Origin: Sedimentisphaerales bacterium
GTDB lineage: Bacteria; Planctomycetota; Phycisphaerae; Sedimentisphaerales; Anaerobacaceae
DNA length: 64,000 nucleotides
Reading direction: 5' to 3'
Assembly (NCBI GenBank): GCA_963708075.1
Contig: OY970194.1
Span: 6,592,001-6,656,000, forward strand
In this document: one piece after another, positions 18,195 to 30,000 of the stretch
Layout: the number at the start of each line of letters is the position of its first letter
How positions within the stretch are numbered: position 1 is the first letter of the stretch
Notes under the pieces: generated by a model
Database searches by the model: none
Told to the model about the DNA's origin: nothing
Seen by the model: the letters and a program-made list of their open reading frames with translations, nothing else
Made by a program: the position numbers and the translations under genes

Positions 18195-21100
18195 TTACAG
18201 GTTCGCCGAGCCGGGTGAGCCACCCTCCGTGGTGCTGGGGCGCCAGGCGCTCTTGCTGTCCAGCGTATTCGGGTTCGCGCGGGGGTCCTTCACTGTGAGG
18301 GAAAAGCCCATGCCGTCGGTGGTGTCGAACCAATCATCCTGGAAGCGGAAGCTGTGAATGACGGTGCCCACGGCGTCGAGCAATTCAAGTCGCTCGCCCG
18401 CGTTACTCAGACTGCCCGTGTACTGGCTGACGATGGGCAGGCCGGAACCGTACCTGGCTGTGAACGCCGCGGCGTCCTTGACCACAAGGCAATAGCCGCT
18501 CGGGGCCAGTTCATAGCTTGGGAAGATGAAACTCACGCCGTTGGTGAACTCCACGAGGCTCAAATCGATCGTTTCACTGCCGATATTAGTCAATTCGATG
18601 AATTCCGTGTTCGGATCGTCGGGGTTTCCGGTGTCGGCCGGATGATACATGATCTCGCTGATTCGCAGACTCTGCGCCACAGGCCCTACGGCAAAGACCG
18701 CCTCGTTCAATGCGCTCCAGATCGTGCCGCTCAATGTGCGCGCTTTGACCCGTGCGCTGTGGCTCAACTTGATCGGTCCGCTGTATCTGGCTCCTCCGGC
18801 CGGAGTGCTCCCGCCGCCGGGGTCGCTCCAGGTGGCGGAGAGTGTGACGCTGAACAGAAAGTCCGAGCTCGATGCCCCGGCATTCATGGCCTGAATCGCC
18901 AGGATATTCTGCCCGCGTTTCATCGCATTCTTTGCGTTCGGCGCGTTGATCTCCGCGAGAATCACGGCATCGACGTCCGGGTTCTGGGGGCTTGCCCCCG
19001 AGTTCCACGCCGGTTCGCCCGTGAGATTGGCCCGCGCGATTTCGATCCCGTTGATGTAGGCGACGAAGCCGTCATCATACCGGGCCCGTAATTGCACAGT
19101 GTCGGATGCGCCAAGGTCGCGGTCGAGCGTGAAGGGGATGCGAATGTAGCAGCTCGACTGTTTATTGTACATCTGGCCGACGGTATCAAAGGAGATGAAC
19201 TGCTCGTAGCCGGTGCTGCGTTCAAAGCCGACACCCCCGGGGCCGCCCGGCGAGACGGTCCAGGCGGCATCATCGAAGGGCTGGCCGCCTCGCCACGCGT
19301 CACTGATCGGGCCCGTTGGAACGAGCACACGCTTGGTGGCATTTTCCGCCACAATGACCCCCGCACCGTTCTGGCTCACGGCGCGAGGGTCGCTGCCATC
19401 GAGTGTATAGAAGACTGTGCCGGCGCCGGCTTGCATGGAGAGACTGTCGGTGGATGCCACGTGACCGCCATGCTTGTAGCCGCCATTGACGAAGAACACG
19501 GGCGCGTCCACGTTCGGGTAGAGTCCGGCGCTGCGGAACTGGCTCAGTACAATGCCCGTTCGCTGGGGAAGGTACGTGGTGAGAATCCAGTTGCGCTCGT
19601 TGAGCCAATCCTGTTGTGTGAGCGGCTGCACATGGCTCTGGTCGCCCCATCGCGCCGACTCGGCGATGATCGCCTTCTCGACGATTGCCGCAAGACCCTC
19701 ATAGCGGCTAATCAGCGGCGTGGGCGTCAGGACCGACTCGTTGAACATGAAGCGATGCACGCGGTCCGCAAAGAGCATCCTGTACTCCGGGTTCTGTTTG
19801 AGATTCTGGTGCGGCTCGCCTGCGGACGAGAAACTGTTGTTCAGGGCGTTCTTGTCCAGCGGGGATCGGTCCCGGTTGTTGCCCATCGTGTTCTCATAGT
19901 CCCAACAGAAGAACATGAAGCCCGTGCTGTCGGCCGTGCGGTCGCGGGCCGCGTACCAGTTCTTCCATGGCCAGTCCCAATTGCCGCCCCAGAGGTTGAC
20001 GATCAGGTAGTCGATGTAATTCGTCACATTCAGCAGAACTGGGTAAGCGGGGTTCGGTGTGCCGTCGGGATTGCGGCCTTGCAGCCGCTGGTAGGCATCG
20101 TTGGATGTCGCGGCCGCCCGGCACAGGCTGAGCGTTTGGCCCCAGGCGACCGTGTCCCCGGTCCCGGGTATCGCGTCGTGGAGTGAATCCCAGTCGCCCT
20201 CCTGGCCTCCATAGTAACTGGAGCAGAACGAGGCGTCCGGCCGCTCGCACGGGTTGTACAGGCCCCAGTACAGGCCGTTCACATAGAGATGCACGAATGT
20301 CCCGTGTGAGCCGAGGTTGCCGGTCGCCCGTTGCAGACTGCGCCCGAACTCATCTCGCGTATACTGCTCCGTATATCGGGCCGCATTCCATGAGTATCCG
20401 TCGTTGGCGCCGCGCGCAGGGTGATCGTGTTGAAGTGGTCCACGGCCGTGTCGCCGAACAGGGGATAGTGCAGCTCGGAAGGGCCGTAGATGCTCTTGAA
20501 CAGCAGCCGGAACGATTTCTTCGGCGTGAGGCCCCAATTGCGAAAGGCCCCGCCCTGGACGCGGACGCCGCAGTTGACTTGGAAACCCGGTGTGCCGTCC
20601 GGGTAGATCAGCTCGGCCGAGCACGGCCTTTCCCAGGCGACCCCGCTCTGGGTGGGATTGGCGTAGAAGCCTTTCTGCGCATCGAACAGGTCTGTCAGGC
20701 CGGCGACGATCGACATGGATGGAATGGACAGGAGCGATTCCTCCATCAGGGGAGCGTACCTTGCGTCCTTCACGATGTCGGGGTCCATCTCATAGTCCGC
20801 CGCCTTCGAACCCCACGTTGTGGGAAATCCGCCAGGCCTTGGTGGCTGCGTTAGAACGTTCGACAGAAAGAGGTACGTGTGAGTAATGCTTCTGCTGGAT
20901 AGCCAGCCTGACTTGAGGGCCATGGCCCGCAGGCAGGTCGTTCTCACGATGTGGATGGGGCCGGTATAGACCCGGGCGCTTGAAGGGCCATGTGAGCCCG
21001 GGGCCGGCTCGCTGCCATCGACAGTATAGTAAATCGTGGCTCCGGGCGTCTCGCACGCGAGGGCCACATCAAAGGGTGCATCATAGAAGCCGCGGTCGTG

Positions 21101-21658
21101 ACTGAATTCCACGTCCGCCACGGCGCCGATGTAGGCGAGGAAATTGGAGCTGCCCGGCGTTGGAAGCACCATGAACTGCCACGGCCCTCCATCGGGCAGC
21201 CGGCCGTAAGAGGTGTCGCTCGCCAAATCCGCAAATGCCATATAGTCAATCACTGTGGCCCCGTCTTTGTCGCAGAGAGCAATCTCCTCCCCCTCGACAC
21301 CGAGCTTGAAACTCGCGTGCAGCACGGCATCGGCCGTGTCGCCATCCGCCCAGATGACCAGAAAGCCCCCGGCCGCAATCGTGGTCGCCGCAGGCTTGCC
21401 CGTGGGAATTCGCCACCTCGTCGGGTCCGACAGATCGTCGGTCAGGTACATCCCCCCGATATCGATCGGTTGACCGCCGGCATTGTAGATCTCGATCCAG
21501 TCATCGTACTGGCCCTGCGGGTCCGACATGACGCTGCTGTTGGCCGCCATGACTTCGTTGATGAACAACGGGCCGGTTCCTTGCAGTGACAATTCACCGG
21601 CAACAGCGCCATCGACAAGCGCCAGAGCGAGCAGCACATATCGGACGCATTCGAGCAT
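18195..21658 (-). CDS. Lamin-tail-domain / CotH kinase-family secreted protein (frameshift at ~20410)
   Basis: LTDs INEVMAAN...DWIEIYN and ISEIMYHP...EFIELTN; IYYTVDGSEP repeats; CotH motifs VHLYVNGLYWGLYNPCER, DWPWKNWY, WDYE. Confidence 0.85.
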
Positions 21659-21938
21659 GTCACACCTCCGTCACCCAGATTCCCGCGGAGCAAGATGCTC
21701 CCTCCTGCAGTCCAGTCCCGGCACCGGGAAAGAACTCCGCAAAAACTACCCGATTATAGCCTACTCGGTCCGGCTCAGTCAATCGGGCCTCTGAATAGCA
21801 GGTGTACAGATGGCCGACTTGTTACGAGAAATCCACTGACGGGCATGGAGGCAACTGATTGTGGACCGGGCGGCGGGCGTGCTATAATCCGGCGTCTTGG
21901 TCTTTGACTTTCGAGGTCCCTTTGAAGGAGGAACTGCA

Positions 21939-23190
21939 ATGCAGAATTCCATGTCTCGGCGGGCAGTGTTGAAGGCAGGAGTGGGGGGCGGGGCCGCGCT
22001 GGCGTTTTCGGCGGCCAGCTATGCGCGGGTCATCGGCGCGAATGATCGGATTTCCATCGGGCAGATTGGGTGCGGCAGCCGGGGAGTCGGTGCCCATATG
22101 GCGGGGGTGGCTCCCTATGCCAAGGAACAGAACATCGAGGTCACGGCGGTCTGCGATCCCTGGCGGTTGCGGCGAGAGGAGGCTTCGGCCAAGGCGAATG
22201 AAACGTACGGCCGGCCGGCCCGGCAGTTCGTCTCCTATCGCGACCTGCTCGCGCTCAAGGACGTCGATGCCGTGATGATCGCCTCGCCCGACCACATGCA
22301 CACGACACACCTCAAGGCGGCGGCCGAGGCGGGCAAGGACGCCTACTGCGAGAAGCCCTTGGCGATGGATATGGAGAGACTCAAGGAGGCGTGCGACGCC
22401 GTGAAGAAGGCGAATATCGTCGTCCAGATCGGGACACAGTTACGCAGTCTGCCGAGCTTCACAGGCTGCCGGGAGCTGTACAAGACGGGAATTCTCGGCA
22501 CGGTGGGCCGGATCGAGCAATGCCGCAACAACGAGACGCCGTACTGGTATTCCTATGTGAAGGACGTCAAGCCGGAGGACGTGGATTGGAAGGAGTTCCT
22601 GGGGGATCGGCCCGCGCAGCCGTTCGATCCGGTGAAGTATTCCGGCTGGTACGGTTATCGCGAGTTCTCCGACGGACCCGTCTGCGGCTACGGCAGTCAC
22701 TTCCTCGATCTCGTTCACTACATCACCGGCGCCAAGTTCCCGACCAGTTGCGTTTGCTCTCGGCGGCACGTTCACCTACAAAGACGAGCACAAATTCACC
22801 TGTCCGGACCATGTGCAGGCCCTCTGGATCTATCCGGAAGGGTTCATGGTGAGCTACTCGACCCTCTGCGGCAACGGCGCCGGCAACAGCTTCAAAATCT
22901 TCGGCGACGAGGGCATCCTCGACATGGTGGAGTGGACCAAGCCGGTCCTGACCGCCGAGGGCGGCGCCAAACGGCAGGGCCAGATTCGGGGCAGGAACCC
23001 GGTGAAAGACGTTCCTCGGGCGGAGCACTTCCTCGACTGGCTCCAGTGCCTGCGCTCCCGCGGGACGCCGAACGCCCCCATCGAGGCCGGCTACCAGCAC
23101 GCCGTCGCTTGCCTGATGGCCGTCCGCTCGTTCGACACCGGCAAACGCATGATCTACGACGCAGAGAAACGCGAGATTCGCGAGGGATAG
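21939..23190 (+). CDS. Tat-exported Gfo/Idh/MocA oxidoreductase (frameshift at ~22757)
   Basis: SRRAVLK; IGCGSRG, DAVMIASPDHMH, YCEKPLA, HFLD. C-terminus lies in ORF 22813-23190. Confidence 0.9.
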
Positions 23191-23228
23191 TGTGACAGTA
23201 CCAATGCAAGGTATGAGGGAAGACGAAA

Positions 23229-25554
23229 ATGGACGCAAAGAAGCACCTTACGCGGCGTGAGTTTCTCGATAAGGCGACGAAAACAGGGGCCGGTCTGGGC
23301 GCCATGTCCACGCTTGCGTGGACATGCTCTCTCTCGCATTCAGAGCATGCCTACGCAGGCGTAGGCATGGCACCCGCGCAGGACACTTGGCAGATCGGGT
23401 GCTACACGCGGCCTTGGGCTGAGCAGGACTATCGCGTTGCACTCGACGCGATTGCCGAGGCCGGCTACAAGTACGTCGGCCTGATGACCACCAAGTCAAA
23501 GACCAACCTCGTGATCTCCGTGGAGACCACGCCGGAAGAGGCGGCCCAGATCGCGAGGAGGTCAGGAAACGCGGATCTGAAGGTCGCCTCCGTCTATGGC
23601 GGGCGGGATTCCGGTGGAGAAGTCGCTCGAAGCGGGCATCGAGGGCCTGCGCAAGCTGATCGACAACTGTGCCGCATGTGGGGCGACGAACCTCCTCATG
23701 GGCGGCATCGGCAACAAGGAGTTGTACGAGCCGTACTACAAGGCGATTGCCGCATGCTGCGATTACGCGGCGAGCAAGGGCATGGGCATCAGCGTCAAGC
23801 CGCACGGCGGTCTGAACGCGACCGGGCCCCAGTGCCGCAAGACGATTGAGTTCGTCGGGCACAAGAACTTTCGCATCTGGTACGATCCCGGCAACATCTT
23901 TTACTACTCTGACGGCAAGCTGAATCCGGTGGATGATGCACCGACAGTGGACGGGCTGGTCGTGGGAATGTCCGTCAAGGACTTTAAGCCGCCCAAGGAA
24001 GTGCTTGTGACGCCGGGAACGGGACAGGTGGATTTCCCCGCCGTATTTGCGAAGCTCAAAGCGGGCGGTTTCAAGGGCGGGCCGCTCATCGTCGAGTGCC
24101 TCGAACCGGGCGATCTGGAGCATACGATGGAAGAAGCGAAAAAGGCGCGTCGGTTCCTCGAAAATCTGACCGGGCAGAAGTCCCGTGGCGATGCAGATGC
24201 GGCTGCCAGTGCCGGACCCCTCCGGGCGGGCGTCGCTGTCACCGATATCACGCCGCCGATCGGCTATCGCATGAGCGGCTATTTCAGCGAGCGCCTGAGC
24301 ACGGGCGTTCTGAACCCGCTTCACGCCAAGGCCCTTGTGTTGCGGCAGGGGAGCACACGGGCGGCCATGGTGTTCTGCGATATCATCGGTTTGTCGCCCG
24401 ATGTTTCGAAGCGGGCTCGCGAGCAGGCCCAGCAAGAGACAGGTATTGCCGCCGAGAACATTTTGCTTGCCGCCACGCACACACATACCGGTCCGCTGTA
24501 CCATGATGCCTTGCGGGACTATCTGCACGAGCGGGCGGTGGCTAAGCAGGGAAAGGACCCTTGTGAGGATAAAGACTATCCTGCTCAGCTCGTAGCTGGA
24601 ATCGTCGAGGCGATCAAGCAGGCGGATGCCAAGGTACAGCCGGTGCGGCTGGAGGCTGGAGTGGCCCAGCAGCAGGGCCTGTCCTTCAACAGGCGATTCC
24701 ACATGAAGGACGGCACCGTGCGGTTCAATCCGGGCCCGCTGAATCCGGATATCGTTCGTGCCGCCGGACCCATTGACCCGAGCGTCGGCATCGTGATGCT
24801 TCGCGATGCAGACGGCAAGAATGCCCTGGCAGGCGTGGTCAACTTCCCGTTGCACCTCGATACGACTGGCGGAACACAGTACGGGGCGGACTACCCCTAC
24901 TTTGCGGAGCATACTCTGCGGCAGACGCTCGGCAACGACTTTGTGCTCCTGTTTAGCACGGGCACGTGCGGCGACATCAACCACATCGACATAACCACCA
25001 AGGAGCGGCTCAAAAGCGATACCATCGGCCGGACGCTGGCCGGCACGGTGGCGGCAAGTCTGCCCGAACTCAAGACCGTGGCCGCACCGGTGTTGGCGGT
25101 CCGCCGACAGATCGTGGATGCCCCGATGCAGAAGTTCACGCCTCAGGAGATCGAGCAGGCGAAGCAGGATATGCCCAAGGTCGGCACGAGCGGGTTGTCG
25201 TTCCTCGACCAGGTCCGCGCGTACAAGATCCTGGATGCGCAGTCGCGCCGCGGCCCGACGTTGCCGCTCGAGGTGCAGGTCTTTCGGCTCAGCGATCAGG
25301 TTGCCGTGGTTGGCCTGCCGGGCGAGGTCTTTGTCGATCTCGGCCTTGCCATCAAGCAGGCCAGCCCATTCCCGACAACGCTCGTGGTCGAGCTCTGCCA
25401 GGACGAGTGCGGCTACATCCCAACGCGAAAGGCCTTTGCCGAAGGCAGCTATGAGACCGTCAATTCCCGCATCGCCCCGGGCGGCGGCGAGATGATGGTC
25501 GAAGCGGCGGTCCGCTTGCTGAAAGAGCTTGCCCCCACGGGCAAGACCGGCTGA
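23229..25554 (+). CDS. Tat-exported fusion of xylose-isomerase-like TIM barrel and neutral/alkaline ceramidase-like domain (indels at ~23550-23605)
   Basis: TRREFL; KPHGG, WYDPGN, SVKD, VECL; then AGVAVTDITPP, ATHTHTGP, NRR, GDINH, GLPGEVF, GYIPT...EGSYE. Confidence 0.8.
23297..23375. repeat. REPIN-like doublet, copy 2, in frame within a CDS
   Basis: GGGCGCCATGTCCACGCTTGCGTGGACATG...CATGCCTACGCAGGCGTAGGCATGGCACCC; homologous to 13679-13760 and 53066-53146. Confidence 0.88.
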
Positions 25555-25738
25555 TCCGCCCACCGCCGTGCGGAATGCAGAATGTGGAGTATGGGTTGAG
25601 GATTGCCCGGCAGGCGAACTTGATCGCCGGCCAAGCCGTAAATCGTGTATAGGAACGGTTGCGCGGTGAGTCTATAAAGGTAGCGGAATTTACCGCGATA
25701 CCTGCATGAAACTGAAGACGAACAGGAGGTAAGAACGC

Positions 25739-26709
25739 ATGGGACTCCAGATGAGAATGTTGCTGCTCGTCGCCCTGATGTTCGGCATTCTCTACGGGAT
25801 CATCGTGGCCCTCGGAACCTACGCGGGCGTCAACGACCCCTTTGCCTACATCATCATGGCGGTGGTGATTGTCGGCCTGCAGTACCTGGTCGGCCCGAGC
25901 CTTGTCAGCGCGATGATGCGGGTCCGCTACGTCAGCGAGGATGAAGAGCCGGAGCTGCACCAGATGGTCGCGGAGCTGGCTGAGAAGGCCGGCATTCCGA
26001 AGCCTCGCGTCGGCATCTCGGAAGTCTCGATCCCGAACGCTTTCGCCTTCGGCCGCTCTATCCGTGACGGCCGGGTCTGCATCACCCGCGGCATCCAGCA
26101 ACTGCTCAATCGCAACGAGCTGCGCCTGTCCTCGGGCACGAGATCATGCACCTGAAGAGCCGCGATATGATCGTCATCACGTTCCTGTCGGTGATTCCGC
26201 TGGTGTGCTACTACGCGGCGTTGAGCCTGATGTTCCGTCCCAGCCGACGCGACGAGCATGGCGCAAATTACGCGGTCCTGGTCGGACTCGGGGCGTTTGC
26301 GATGTACTTTATCTCCAATTTGCTGGTCTTGTACGGCTCGCGCATCCGCGAGTACTATGCCGATGAGGGCAGCGTCAAGCTTGGCAATCCGCCAAACCAA
26401 CTGGCGACCGCGCTCTATAAGCTGGTCTATGGCTCCGCCCGGCTCAAGAACGATCCCCGCGCCCAGTATGATCTGCATCGTGCCGAAGGGATCAGAGCCT
26501 TCTTCGTCAACGACGTTGCCAACGCATCAAGGGAGATCGCCGACCTGCAGCAAGTGGATCGGGATTACTCCGGCACGATCAGTGAAAACGAATTGCTCAG
26601 CCTGCGTTCCCAATCTGTCCGCCTCAAGGGCGCTGAGCACATGATGGAGCTCTTCACGACACATCCCAACATGCTCAAGCGCATCAGGCGCCTGGCCACG
26701 CTGGCATAA
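25739..26709 (+). CDS. htpX: Zinc metalloprotease HtpX (M48; frameshift at ~26125)
   Basis: PNAFAFG, VLGHEIMH (HEXXH restored across the shift), SRIREYYAD, THP..KRI. Confidence 0.9.
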
Positions 26710-26732
26710 GTCCCATAGTATTGTCAAATCCC

Positions 26733-26825
26733 GGGTGGCAGCAGCTAACGCAGCCCGCGGAGCTTGCCGATGGCGTTCCGCAGCATGTGAGAGCCATCGG
26801 CAAGCTGCGCTTGCCGCTGCCACCC
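26733..26825. repeat. REPIN-like palindrome, GGGTGGCAGC family
   Basis: GGGTGGCAGC/GCTGCCACCC outer IR and perfect 14-bp inner IR AGCTTGCCGATGGC/GCCATCGGCAAGCT, just after the htpX stop. Confidence 0.8.
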
Positions 26826-26893
26826 ATCCTTAATGTCCTGATGTCCTCACAGACACCATCCCAGGTACCCCCGCTCGTTTCCGGACTTTCGAA

Positions 26894-26923
26894 TTGACAA
26901 ACCGGCTCTCCATATGGTAGCAT
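26894..26923 (+). promoter_or_regulatory. Putative sigma70 promoter of the C10 protease gene
   Basis: TTGACA-18 nt-TAGCAT with extended TG. Confidence 0.5.
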
Positions 26924-27041
26924 AATAGGCAGTGGTGCGATTGAGACCCGCGTACCGCATAGATTGGGATCAGAGGAGGCCGGGCAGGAGGCCCGGAATG
27001 CCGCGCAAGTGCGGCCGCACGTGCTTATCGGAGGTCAAATC

Positions 27042-30000
27042 GTGGATTGTCCCGCCCGGAGAGAATCGCTGATTGTCATTGCGGCCGTTTCCCTGTTCCT
27101 GAGTTCCGCCCTGTTCGCCGAATCGGTGGACCTTTCTCAAGCTCGCGAAGCAGCGGATAGTTTTCTCAAGATGCGGGCTGCCCGTCCGGACAAATCGCGG
27201 AACACGCTATCGGTGGCCTCATCGGAGGGCATTACGGCTGCCGGCATCCGCGAAGTTCGTGACGATAACGGGACGGTCTTAGCCTATGTGACTGATCTGA
27301 CGCCTCGCGGCTTCATCGCCATGTCGGCGGACACAGATCTCGTGCCCATCATCGCGTACTCTTTCCGCAATTCTCTCCCCGCAGATCTGGACGAGAGCAA
27401 TCCCCTGTATCGCATGTTGCGCGAGGACCTGAGGCTCAGGACCATCGCGCTGGCGGAGCATCCTGAACTCAAGAGCGTTGAGACAAGCAAACTGTGGGAT
27501 TCATATATCAGCGCGCAGGCGGCCGAGCCGAACGATGCGACATTCGAGCAGTGGCCGGCGGAGGGCGCCACCTCCACGGGCGGCTGGCTGGAGACCGCCT
27601 GGGACCAGGACACACCCTATAACAAGTTCTGTCCTCTGGACCCCGTGGATCGTGCCAGATCCTATGTGGGCTGTGCGGCGACGGCACTTGCCCAATTGCT
27701 GAATTATCACCGGCACTGTGAGGCCAATTTCAGCGACGCCGATTCCTACATGGCATATAGCGGCATGAAGATCGATGCCGACAGCACTCTCTACGACTTT
27801 CCATCGTTTGGCGAGCTGAACGGGTATCTCGACGCGGCCCGGGCCAAGTACAGTGCAGGAGCCGATGTCAACGACACGGACGCCGCAGCGCTGAGCTTCG
27901 CCTGCGGAGTGGCCATGGGAATGGACTACTCCAGTGAAGGGTCGGGCGCTGCGCCGGTTGCCGTGCGAGACGGGTTGCTCGACAAGCTCGGCTTTCACGC
28001 GGCAGACATGTTCGGCGGGCTCTCCGCGGATACTTATCGCGCGCTGCAGGAGAACATGATCAACCAACTGCCCGCCCTGGTGGGCATCTGCACGCCGGAC
28101 GGGTACATGGGACATCTGGTCGTTTGCGACGGCTACAATACCAACGACGAATACCATCTCAACTTCGGCTGGGGCTCCGACTACCCGGACAAAATGACCG
28201 AGGTGTGGTACCGTCTGCCGACGGACCTCCTGTCGCACAAGAACGTGATCAGCGAGGTCATCCTGAACATACAGCCCACCAAGCCCGTCCTTGAGGTGGA
28301 CCCGGTGTCGATGAGCTTCCACAGTGCTCCGGGCCAGGAATCCGCACAGCAGAGCCTGCGCCTGGCCAATGACGTCGAGGGAGTTCATGTGCATTCTGTC
28401 TCTAGCCCGGACGGCTTTCTGATCGCCCGAGCCGGCGGTCAGTACTCGAATCGGCTTGACTCCTTCGCGATTCAGCGTGCGGGAGAGGGGGCGACAATCA
28501 ACGTCAAGTTCCGGCCGGAACGGGCGGGGGGATACCACGGGACGCTTGTCATTCAGTATGGCGATGGACGGGCGAAGTACGTCATTCTGAAAGGCTGGTC
28601 ATACGACGGCGGTACCCGGATCATGGCCGGGAACGTGTCGGGTGTGTGGTCGCAGGCGCAATCGCCATACTTCGTCATGGGGGATATCCAGGTGCCGCAA
28701 GGGAGGGAGTTGGGGATTGAGCCCGGCGTCAGAGTTTTCTTTGTCGGGCCGTATAGCATGACGGTCGGCAGGAATGCGCGATTGACGGCCCGTGGAAACG
28801 CCGCTCATCTCGTGGAGTTCACCGCCTGGAACAGAGACTGTGGTTGGACGGGCCTGCGTTTCGTGGACTCGGGCGACGATGACCTGTTGAGTCATTGCTC
28901 GATCACGTTTGCGAAGAAGGGCGCTGGAGCAATTCCGCAAGGCAACAGTACGGCAGGGACCTCTGCGGAGACCCGGGGCGGAGCCATCTACTGCGAGGGC
29001 TCCGATCCGACCATCGAGAATTGTAAAATCACAAATAACGTCGGGGACGTGGGTGGGGCGGTGTATTGCGTGGGAAGCTCGCCCGTGATCAGCAACACGT
29101 TGATTGCCAACAACACCTCGGCCGGGGGACGGCCGCGATCCGGCGGCGTCTGCTGCGATCAGTGGGGCGTGCCGGAGCTCAAGAACTGCACGATTGTGCA
29201 TAACTCGCCCGGCGGGATCTTCGCGACGTCCTGGGAAGGCACGAATGTGACGAACACCATCGTCTGGGGCAACGACGTATATCAAATCCAGACGGATGAA
29301 TGCTCGCCGACCGTGTCATTCTGCGACGTGCAGGGAGGCTATCGCGGGGAGGGCAATATGAACGTCGACCCATGCTTCTTCGACCCAAGCGCCGGAGCAG
29401 GGATCGACTACGATGGCTTAGCGGCCAGTTGGGCGTTGCGGACCCGCTCGCCATGCGTCAACGCGGGAACTCAGATCGCCGACCTTCCGTCAACCGACCT
29501 GGCGGGAGGCTCCAGGATTCAAAGTGACGTGGTTGACCTCGGCGCGTATGAGAACCAGTCGAGTGTGCCCTTAATGACGATTTCGCCTTCAGTCATTGCC
29601 GACGCAGGTTTCGTGCCCGTCGATGCAAATGCGGCTGTCCAATTGGATATCGAGAACACCGGGACGGGAGACTTCAAGATCGAGGGCCTGAGCATCGCCG
29701 ACGCGAACGGCATATTCTCTCTGCTGACCCCGGTCCAGGACCGTATTTTATCACCGGGGGATTCAGTACAGGTCAAGGCTGGCTTCCGGCCGCGGCAGGA
29801 GAAGAGCTACACCGCCACGATGGATGTTCACTCGACGGCTGATAACGGCGAGCACAGGCAGGTCACCCTGCGCGGCGTGGGCGTTTCCGGGACCATTGTC
29901 CCCGGCCCATCCGTCAGCGGCACCTGGAAGAAGGCACAGAGCCCTTACGTCATTACCGGTGACATTCGCATCCCCAAAAGCAAAACGCTGACGATTGAGC

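Noticed and set aside
25571..25591. Degenerate heptamer run CGGAATG-CAGAATG-TGGAGTA
   Set aside because: Only about three imperfect units; too weak to call.
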